Assembly (NCBI GenBank): GCA_021613535.1
Contig: CP075494.1
Location: 14,880,001-14,944,000 of the forward strand
Length of the DNA stretch: 64,000 nucleotides
From: Adineta vaga
Taxonomy: Eukaryota; Animalia; Rotifera
Reading direction: 5' to 3'
Shown here: piece after piece, positions 1-10,900 of the stretch
Layout: every line of letters starts with the position of its first letter
How positions within the stretch are numbered: the stretch's first letter is position 1
Made by a program: the position numbers and the translations under genes
Notes under the pieces: model-generated
Seen by the model: the letters and a program-made list of their open reading frames with translations, nothing else
Told to the model about the DNA's origin: nothing
Databases searched by the model: none

Positions 1-678
1 AGTTGAAAATAATTATAGATTTTTCATCAATTGAGAACTAGTTCCTTTTCTGTTTTCCACGTGGGTAGGTCAAATGTATTTACTATGCTAATAAATATTA
101 TTGTAATGTTTATTCAAAAAACAACGGTGAATAATGGGCATAAAGAATTTCTTTTTCTTTCTAACGTTCATATTCAAGGTTGAGACATTGTTTTTCAAAT
201 ATAGTGGAAGAAATAATTTGAATAACATGAATAGTGATGTTTTGTTTTTCAAATGGAAAATATTTCTATTGAATCAAACGAGTTTTTCTCTCCTTTTTCA
301 TCAGAATGAAAAATCATTCGAGCAGAATAGTTTGAGAGAAATCGATGTACTTCATTAGTTGATAACATAGAACGTAGAACGAGTGTTTATTAAATACGAT
401 GAGACAGTCCGATGACTTGAAGAAAAAGAATTATATTACTTTTCTCGAGGAAATCTAACCGAAAGAAATAGTTGTATTTTGTTTTATATATATGTCGTGT
501 TTTCCCTTCGGTTACAGTTCAAGATAGAAAGAAGAAAAAAACCTCTTGCGACGTTTTTCTCTCTTTTGGATAATTTTGTTAAATGTATTTACCGATTTTC
601 TTCCTAATAATTCTGTTAGTTCCGAGAAAGAAACATGCATTGATGAAGTTTAACTATCGTTCGTTTTTTTTTCTTTAA

Positions 679-1383
679 TCAGGTAAAAGATTTCTCTTTA
701 TATTTATTTCGTAAATCTTTGACAACAATCGAACAACCTTTATGAATAGAAATATTTTGAAATGTTTTCTCGCCCGAATAATTTTCGTAGGAATTATAAT
801 TAATTGTTTTGAAAATTTGAAAATTATATTTAAGAAATGCCTTCAGTGAATAGTCACCAGTGACATCAGCGTAGATTAAATCAAAATTGTTTTCTTTTGC
901 AAATTGAATTGATTTATCAATTAATTGACTTGCTAATTGATTTCGTCGATATTTAGGATTAACACCAAGAAGATAAACATGAAATAGATTATTACATTGA
1001 AATTCTTTGAATAGATCAATATTTTCATGTAATTTTGTTAGAAGACCACTGATATGTTCATGTTTATGTAAATAATGACGATTTAAGGACGAATAGAGAA
1101 TATCAGAATGATCAGTTGTATCATCGTCTTTTTTATCATGAAGATTAAGTGAATAAGCGATTGGTAGAGAACAATTCTTTTCTAAATCATAGAAAGCTAA
1201 ACTAAGATGATCAGTTTTTGCTTTATAGAAGACTTGTTTTAACCAAGGTAAATCAATTTCATCCGGTACTTTTGTTTTCAAATATTGATTCATTGGTTCA
1301 TAGGGAAAAAATGTTTCCATAACAAATAATTCGAATTCCATTGTAAATTCATCTTCACGCATTAAACGACATGTAAAAGACAT
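679..1383 (-). CDS. GNAT-family N-acetyltransferase, insect arylalkylamine/dopamine N-acetyltransferase (iAANAT)-like
   Basis: 234-aa intronless ORF. FFPYEPMN resembles the iAANAT FFxDEP motif. HVYLLGVNPKYRRNQLASQL is GNAT motif A, followed by ADVTGDYSLKAFLKYNF (motif B). The ATG directly follows a ttttctag acceptor. Confidence 0.8.
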   Translation of the reverse strand: MSFTCRLMREDEFTMEFELFVMETFFPYEPMNQYLKTKVPDEIDLPWLKQVFYKAKTDHLSLAFYDLEKNCSLPIAYSLNLHDKKDDDTTDHSDILYSSLNRHYLHKHEHISGLLTKLHENIDLFKEFQCNNLFHVYLLGVNPKYRRNQLASQLIDKSIQFAKENNFDLIYADVTGDYSLKAFLKYNFQIFKTINYNSYENYSGEKTFQNISIHKGCSIVVKDLRNKYKEKSFT

Positions 1384-2332
1384 CTAGAAAAGAAATTTTT
1401 ATTTGCGATTATATCTTGATGTCTCAAGTTAGTTTGATAGAAAACTCTCGTCTGGTAATAATCATCAATTGAATAATCGAAGAAAAAGAAAAGTTAATGT
1501 TCGGAGAAACAATATTCAATCGGAGCTGATAGCGAGCAAGAAAACATTAGTCTGTTCTCTGAACAAAGAACATTCTTTTGTAAGACGAAGAAAAAAGAAA
1601 AGATAGTCATCTGCTTTGAGATGTTATTATAATCAGAAGCATAACCATTGAAATACATTAGAAAAAAAAACCGATGTAATCTATCATGACAGAAAAGAAA
1701 AGAAATGAGATTTTTTTTCTTCTTAGTTCACTGTAAAAAATCAATCTTCTATCTTTTTTTATATTAATCATAAACAACTATATATATATATATATAGGTC
1801 ATGTAGATAATTAATTAAAATCAATCTTATACGAATAGAAAATATTCTTTTAATTTTTATTTCTATCTATGAAATTCTCCATAGATTTGAATTGTTGTTG
1901 TTTGTTTTTCTTCCTATCAAGCAATACTTCGATTATTTCTAGGTATAAAAGATAATTTATGGCAGATTTACGAACAACTGTCAAAGAGTATTATTTTGTG
2001 AACATCGTAAATGCATCATGAGCACATATCCGTTTGTTTTCTTCTTCTCGATGTTTGTTTTCAAGTAGGCCTTACTAGTCGTATTGATGATAGACTGATG
2101 CAAACTCATCCATTGAAACACATTACATCTTCTATCTTCTTATTTTCTTTTTCTTTCTTCGTCTTCTTTTTTGCTTATTATATATCTATATTCAAATGAA
2201 TGCTTCCATCGACTAGAACTTCCCTATTGAATGATTTGCATTTCTATTTCTTCGCTTATTTGATTCTCTCATATCATTGTTAATAATATGCGTATTTCTT
2301 TTTTGTTTTGTTTTATTTTAGATTAATATCAA

Positions 2333-4061
2333 TTGATTTTAGTTTTCATTGTTAAAATGAATTTAGGAATGAATAATGATGATTTTCTTCGCGAATTTAA
2401 TCGATCACTTCGATATAATTTTCCGAAGAAACTTTTCGCATTCTCTCAACCAAAACGTTCATTTCATCCGAAAGTTTTTTCAAATTTTCAAATCATTGAA
2501 ATTTGTTTTCTTATATTTATTCTCATCGAACATACATTCATATTTCTCTTAACATTTCAAAAGAAACCATCGAAAACTAATCGAAAGTAAGAAGAAGAAA
2601 AAGTAACATACAAAGAAACCTTTCTCATTTTTTAGAATATCAAATCAATTTGCAATTGATCTTCCGTCAAAAACATTTCTTTATTGTTGTTTACATCGAA
2701 ATTGGATTCGTGCATTTTCATTTACAAATATGTGTCTTTCATGTGTGTATTTTGTTAAATTATTACTCAAACATTATCATCCAAATCTTGTTCATCATTC
2801 GTCAATTACATTTTACTCTTTACCATTAAATCTTTTACAACAAATCTTAGTTAATTTTAGTACATTTCATCTTTTAATTATATCTATTAGTGTATTTCAA
2901 TATTTTCTTCGATATTATCGTTTAATGAAAAATACTTATTCAAGTTATTTTTTTAACGAACAAAATCTTCTTTTAACTCGACATACAAATGTTGCATTGA
3001 TCTTAAGTGGATCTTTAGCCTTGATTTTTGCATATAATTTTATATTCTATGCTCCAAAACATCCACAAACATTAAGTTTACTTCCTTTGGTTACATTTAA
3101 TATGATTCTCTTACCATTGATTAATTTCATCATACTTTTATTTCTAATCATTTGTTTCATTCTAAGTTTTTCTTTTAAAACTGATGTTGAATATTTCTCT
3201 GTTGATGATGATCCAGAAAATTTACGTTTAATTATTGAAAAAAATACGTGTATTAAATGTTATTCGAAAATTTTACGAAACAATCCGAATTTATTTCAAG
3301 ATAATAATTATTCGTATCGTAATTTATATAAACATTTTTTTCCAACAAATTTACGTTCATCATATCCATTTCAAACAAAACGTATCTATCATCTCTCACC
3401 GACTAAAGAGAATTATTCTCATGAAGAACTCAATGAATCTGAAATCAATCCAACAGATGCCGCAGTTTTTAAAACAACATTAATTCAATTAAATCATCAA
3501 CATTCATTATGTCATTTATGTTATTATTTACTTGCTATATTTCTTTTGAAATATATTCTCTTTACATTTCCGCAATATATTCTTCAAATGTTATTTCATT
3601 TCAAACAATTTTATTATTTTATTTTGAAAAAAAATTATTCAAATAATATAACTGATTCTCTATATGAAAATTATGATTTGCCTTTAAAATTATTTCATTT
3701 TTTATTTTTAATATCACGATTTGGTGATAGTTTCTTATTGATACGTTTATCTTATTTTATGAAAAAATATTTTCCATGTTGGTGTCATTTCAATTCGAAA
3801 TTACTACGACGACGACAACAACAACAACTATCTCATCAAATTTTAACAATGAAAACGTCAATTTCATCGACAAATAATGAAGGAATATCTGGTAATGATG
3901 TTTCGAAAGGAAATGAAACAATTGAAAGATCACATTGGAAAAGAAAACATTGTCGATTTCGTTTTCGATTTCAATTTGTACCATTATGGTCGACGAATGG
4001 ACGGAAATTATTTAATATCGAAGGTAGAAGAAATAAGAAGGAAAATATCGAAATCTTGTGA
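2333..4061 (+). CDS. Divergent multi-pass membrane protein, possibly rhodopsin-type GPCR-like; 5' end unresolved
   Basis: Exon ~2322-2586, intron gtaag(2587)..ttttag(~2635), then a long exon to TGA at 4061. Several hydrophobic helices, a long central hydrophilic loop, a TM6-like LLKYILFTFPQYI segment and a basic C-tail. Confidence 0.5.
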
Positions 4062-4229
4062 GACTATTTACATTGATTAAGGATTAAAAAAAAACAATTT
4101 TGTTAACCATTTACTATATCAAAGAATTTCATGAGAATGAAACATGTCTGAATCTGTTTTGTATTTCATTGTTATTATTTGAATAAACATTTACTTATAC
4201 TTTGAGAAACCTTTTTACTAAATATATAA

Positions 4230-4498
4230 ACAGAATCAAATCGATCTTATTCATAGGCATTTAATATCACTAGCTGAACATGAAATCTTTACTTGTGGAC
4301 ATACAATATCAAGATGATGATTAAAAATAATCTGATACTCTGTATAATCATATAAGGAATATATTAGTTAGAATTGAAATTGGTTCAACCAAAGGTATGA
4401 AACATATACTACATCGTAACTCATAATCAATCGATTCTTCCTTGAGATATTCGTAATTGTGTATTGAAGATTGATAATATATTGGAGATGTTATATTC
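4230..4498 (-). pseudogene. Decayed RING-finger/TRAF-like gene fragment
   Basis: YEYLKEESIDYELRCSICFIPLVEP is the start of a TRAF-type RING, but the remaining Cys/His ligands are missing before a stop. A downstream relic PQVKISCSASDIKCL* resembles a TRAF zinc finger. Confidence 0.5.
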
Positions 4499-6338
4499 AT
4501 TTGTTGATGAAGTATACTAATAATAATGATACTATTCGGCACGTTCTTTTGCCATTGAAGTTGTAGAACAAAAGCAAACACATATTTTTTATAAACCGCT
4601 TCATAATCAAAAGTTTTAAAGAAATTTTCGTAAGTTTTTACGAGGTTTTGCACATAAAACATGCTAAAGTACAAGATTTTAAGGTAGAAATGTGATAAAT
4701 GTCTACTCGTCAGTATCCAAATCTAGAAATCTCTTCAAAAAGATCTTTAACGATTTTGTAAACCTTTGGCTCTAATAAAAGTTTCGCACCAAAACGTTGA
4801 AACGATTTAGTCATTTTAGAAGCTTCCGAGGGCGTTAATATGTGAAGATATTTATTCATGTCAATCCATCTTTTGGATTTTTCTGAGAACAAAATAAAAA
4901 TTTAATTTGAAATCCATGGCTGATAGTTTTGTTATAGATGTTGTAAACGATCCTCTATAATTTGTTAATATTTGATCAGAGTTGGAGTATATGAAATATA
5001 ATAAAGATTGATTCTTAACAAGAAAGCAGTATTAGATTGTTTAAATAATGTTAATATCAACAAAATCGATACTTAAGATTGTCACTGGATCCTATTCAGT
5101 TCAATTTTGAACCATTCATCTTCCTGACTTCTAACGCATCTGTTTTTTACAAATTAACTGGTATATTTGATTATGATACATGACTATTCATTACTACATC
5201 AGATGTTTAATTATTCACATATCACAAACAGATTATAAAAGTGACTTTGACATGAAATATAAACAAAAGACTATCAATCAATCAATAATTTAAATTAGTT
5301 TACAGCATGAAAGATCACCATTTCACTCATTGTATACTTTCTTAACCATTTGTATATCGAAAAAAAGACATTTCAAATCGAGAATCGTCAATAGTACGAT
5401 TAGAAAACTAATGTTTAGATTCAGACAGTTCGTTTCATATTCTATTTGTGAAATTGTTTGTACAATTCAAGATTCTCTTATCATATTGTTTACGTATTTA
5501 TTACAAATATATCTTGACCTGTTGTTTCTTATCTATCATCATAATTATGCTGATCATTATGATGAATGTCCACATACTTATACTACAAGTTTTGTTTTGT
5601 TCGATTCTTCTATGATCAAAGATTATCCTGACCGTGGTTATCTGTATCTATATCAGTATACACTATCTCCTTTGTATTATCTACTGGAAATATTAAAAAC
5701 CTATTTTCATACGTTTAATAATTCTTTGTTATATACTACTAGTACTATAAAAACAGAAATTAATTTTATCTTTTTGACGGATTTACTTGTGCATGAATTT
5801 TACTATACTGGCTCAACTGATCTATTGACATTACATTATGATGAAGTTGTCAAAAACAAAGTTCAACTCTCATCAAAGAAAGATTTCTTGACGTCATCAT
5901 TATTTATATATGAACAGTCTTTGTTGTCGATTTCTCAAACAACCATCAATGATGATTAATTAAACAATAGACTTCTTTCTTTTTTGTATTTGATAAGGAA
6001 AACTTAAAACAAATGGTCTATGCATGCAGATTTGTTTTACTGATTTCAAGTGAATGTGAATCAAAAATTAATTAAAGTTATTTCCGTATTACTATCGTCT
6101 ATGATTGACGTCATTCGATAAATTTTGTGATGTCACTACAAGATAAGTAGTTATATCTTCAAGAAGTTTTATTTTTGGGAATAAATACTTTATTTCAACA
6201 AATGTTCATACGCACGACATAGAATACAAGAGAAAACAAACCGAAATAACCTTATACAGAAGTCTTATTTTACTTGTATCATCAAATCAATTTGTTTTTT
6301 GTTTTTTTGTTTTTTCTTCTTCTAATATGTGTTTTTAT

Positions 6339-6800
6339 TTACATATGAGATTGATGTTCTTGTTCTTGAAAGAATTTATCCAATGCATCTTCAATTTGAG
6401 TTTTAATTTCATCATTTAATTGAACGAATGTTGCTGGTTTTGATTTATTCAAAGCATTTTGTTCAATCGATAAAATCAATGGTTTTGTAAGAGTATTCAC
6501 CGAATCTTTACCCATTTTTTTTTCCAAATTTTTCAAAGCAATATCTAATGCACGAGATGGAATGTGTGAAAATGTTGTGGGATTCTTAATCAGTATTAAT
6601 AACATAGCATGAACAAGTTGATCAGCATCAGATTTAATTAAGTAAAAATAACGATGAAGAATTTCTTTTGCTTGTTCAAATGTTTGATCAGTTGATAAAT
6701 CTTGAGGAACATTAATTTGTTTCGTTAATTTTTCTTGTACAGGTTTCATTGAAACAAGACCAATAAGAATTGAAATAACAATGATATATGTAGTGAACAT
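6339..6800 (-). CDS. Small secreted helical protein of unknown function
   Basis: 153-aa single-exon ORF with an N-terminal signal peptide (MFTTYIIVISILIGLVSM) and plausible coding composition. Confidence 0.65.
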   Translation of the reverse strand: MFTTYIIVISILIGLVSMKPVQEKLTKQINVPQDLSTDQTFEQAKEILHRYFYLIKSDADQLVHAMLLILIKNPTTFSHIPSRALDIALKNLEKKMGKDSVNTLTKPLILSIEQNALNKSKPATFVQLNDEIKTQIEDALDKFFQEQEHQSHM

Positions 6801-7958
6801 ATTCGTACTAAAAGATAAATAGAGAAATAAGTTGTTGTTGTTTTTCTTCTTCTTCTAAGATCATCTTGAACTTCTAATCAAATAAGAAACTACAAGTTTA
6901 TTTAACTTTTCTCATTAAAGAACTTTTAGCTAAGCTTAGCTCATCGTCATCACTTTTAAGTAGATAAGAAATAGATTTAGACGTAGATAAATGACACTAA
7001 GCGGATTGTGTCAATAGTAATTTAAGAGAAACTCATGTTTTAATGAGAGAAAAAATAGTTGAGTTCATTTAGAACTGTTCATCAAGTTAAAAAAGAGAAA
7101 TATCTATGGAATATAATATGTCTTCTCGTTCTCTATCGAAAGCAACTAATATAACTAAAGACTAAAAAAAACATCTCTCTATCTAAGCCATTCACACTCA
7201 TCAAATTCGGATGAAATTATGTTTTTTTTTCATCAATTTTTATGAACAACGGACCTTGTTATAACTGTCATTATTGACATAAATATTTATAAGATATTTC
7301 CTTAAGTTAAATTGTGAAGAACCAGAAAGTTGTTTTTCACTACCTGATAATCAATTTTTATGTTTAAATCTTGAGGGCGTGTGTTGTATGTCAGAGAAAG
7401 AAAAGAGCAAATGAATATTCTAACAATGAGTATCTGTTAAACAAGAAGAACACATAATGAATCATCAAAATGACAACAAAAAAAAGATTTCTATGTTGGT
7501 GTTCGACCAATTAAACAAAAACGATGTTTTTCTTCTCGTTTTTTTCTCTCTCTCTCTCTCTGTCTCTTTCTTTCGCTCCCTTTTGCTTATCTTATTTTCT
7601 CTTCCTTCTTCTGCTTCTTCTTTCTTTAACATACAACAAGCATGAATATTTACAAATGACATCAAAAGGTCAATGGAATTATTTTAACGTATGAACTTTA
7701 AACTTTAAATCGTTTCAATATATGATTCATAGTATTGCATCAGTAGCCTTTAATGTATTTGAATCAACGTTAATATATATATATTTTTTTTTGTTTTAAA
7801 GAAAAAGAAAAGTAATACAGATAAAACTTTGAACTAGTGTTTTTTTTGTCTAAAAATATCAATCAACGAAAGTAATAAACTTGAGAAATTATTTATCGAA
7901 TCGAATAAAAAACTACAATTGAGAAAAAAAATCAAAAAAGATACAACAATGAACAATA

Positions 7959-10900
7959 TTAAAATAGTTCTTTTTTATAAACAAATCCATATTGACGACA
8001 TTTCTTTGTTAATGTTGTTGATAATGCTGGTGGTCCACAATAAAATACGGAAATTTTTCCTTTCTTTTGATTTGATAAATCTGAAAATACCTAAAGGAAA
8101 AAAGATAAAACGCTTTCAAACATATGAATAGGAACATTTGGAGCACAGTGCCCTTTACGTATTTTGTACTCAATATACATTGAATATTATTTAAAAAAAT
8201 GTTATTTAAACAGGAAGTATACTTGGAATCTCTTACAGTACGTAAAGAAATAGTGAAGGTGAAGATCATTTGAACGTTGATAAACAGAAACGTCATACCT
8301 GTTTTTTGCTTAAGAGAATTCTTCGGGGGATGAACAGGAAGATCAGATTATCTTGTACGTGTTAGATTACTGTGGATCAAAATCTACCTATATATTATTT
8401 ATAACTTGAACGCAATAGAATTTCGATGATAAAATGAACAAAATGTCAGAAGAAATTGCTCAAGTGTCTATGTTTACGTTCGAAGTGTTCTATCTTCCTT
8501 TCTAATTTTACGCTTTATCATTTCCGAATAGTTTATCATTGATTGAAAAACCTTTTCAAAGTAATTTACTCAAAAAAGAAAGAGGTAAGACCTTGAGATT
8601 CTCGTTTATAACTATAAATAGTTCTGAATACGAGAATAAAAATTATCAATCAGATTGTTTTATCTCTGAAATTTTAAAATAATCATAAATGTAATGTAAT
8701 CTATTTTCACACCCAACGTCCTTTTGACAGAACTTGAACTTCTGTGTGACGCTTCTCATTCATTAGTCTATAAAAAAAACTCTTTGAAGATGTTCTTGTC
8801 GATCAAACGACATTTGGTTCTTTGATCAATTATTTTTATTCTACATTTCCTTATGTTTTTAATTCATCTGTTTTTTGTCCAAAGCAGAATGTCACTTTTC
8901 TAACATTTTGTTACCTGATCCCAATCGGGTCGACCATGTTTAGTTCGTTGTCGAAGACTATCTACTGCATCACAATTCGCAGCATTTTCTCGTCCAATTA
9001 AATCCAAGGAAAGATAAACATTCAATGCTTTTAAATCTGCTGCTGATTTGGCACTTGTAACATAGAGATGAACTTCAAGTAAAGATCCTTTATCAGAATT
9101 TTGTCTTAAACGTTGCTGTTCAATTTCCATTCGTGCTAATAAACTAATAAACCATTCAAGTGAACGTTGTTCACGAGTAACCCAAATGAAATCTACCTAA
9201 AGATAAAAACAATTTTTCTTTTTTTTTCGAAGAGAAAACAATCAATCTCTACTTTTTTAACAAATGGTTCATCATTTTGTGGATTATCCCAAATATAATC
9301 GCAATTTGGACATTTATGTCGAAGATTTCGATAACGACACATAATACTTTGTAAAATAGATGCAAATGGTGTAATACCAATACCAGCAGCAATTAAAACA
9401 GCATGTTCAGCTTCAAAGATATGTTGAGATGGTGCACCATATGGTCCATCAATTAAAATCTAGATAAATCAAATAGTTTCCTTTTTTTCATCACAAATCA
9501 AAAGAAATTTTATCGTTTTAATTACTTGTAAATCTTCTCGATCATTGAATTGAAGTGAATTCATTTGTATTCGATTATGATTTTGATACATACGTAAATA
9601 ACCAAGTGCATCGGATAAACGTGAATCATTGAAAGCATTTTCTTGTTGATCCTCATTCATTGATGGTGTATTCGATATGCGTAAACAATAATCACCAACA
9701 GGCGGAACAGATAGAAGATTATTTTGTTTGTGTGGTAATACAGAAACATTTTCCTCAATTGTCTCTTGAATTTTATGAACATCAGTAAGAATTGATGCAT
9801 TAGTTGAATGTAAATGATTTCGATCATATAAAGTAACCGATGAATGACATGAAGGTGATAATTTTGTTTGAAATCGAACTTGTGGTAAAGATACTGAACT
9901 ACTTTTTGGTTTAATTTCATCACTTGTTCGTACTGATGAACGTAATCGACAATCATTTTTATTGGAATCAATTGAAGAACTTGTTTCATCAGATTTTGAA
10001 CCACGTAATTCATTTATATAAGCTTGTGACATTCGAGAACGCATTGATGTACGAAGATGTATATGGCTATTATCATCAAGTAAAACGCCGTGATCTTGTT
10101 GTAATTTCGTTCGAAATAGATCATAAACACGTCGTGTCCAATGGCCACAAGCACGAACATGAAGCCAAATGTTATCTAAAAAAAATATAAATTGATAATA
10201 TTCAATTTGAGATCGAATCGATCTATTACCTTTATGTTCTGGAGCACTACTAATACTAAATGGATGCCATTCAAAACTTGCAACGGCAGGAATATTGATA
10301 TAAATATAATCACCAGGTTTATAGTTAAATTTTCTTGGTTTATTAATAACTAAATGAAGAACCTAATCATATGAGAAAAGAATTGAATTAAAATTCGATT
10401 TGAACATAGAAGAAGAAAAAAAGACTTTTACTTGAGATGGTAATAAAATTGCTTCCATAATGAAAGTTTCTCCATGTTTATTCGATCGAGATTTATGATA
10501 ACGTTGAATTTTTTCAATTACATATAAAATTCCAGGTAACATTAACCATTTCCAAAAATTAGGTCCATGTACAAGCATAATAATTAACCAAGGAAGAGTT
10601 AACATATGACACCAATAAAATAACTAAATCAATCGAAATTAATCTTTCTTTTCATCAATAAATCACTTCTTACTTGAAAATAACCACTCTTTCGAACAAA
10701 TGGTAAACACATTACATAGAAAATAGCTCCTAAAATGAATACAATCACACCAGTTATATATCCAAGACCTAATTTTGATGTAACAAGTGCATCAATATAA
10801 TTATGATGTGTATCACGATATGGTTCTAAAATAGTTGTGCAAAAAGAAAATGATTTTCTCAAAACGGAAAACATCGAAATTGAACTTACTACATCGAGCA

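Noticed and set aside
5330-5959. 209-aa plus-strand ORF
   Set aside because: Non-ATG start, no recognisable motif, composition typical of AT-rich or decayed DNA. Left unassigned.
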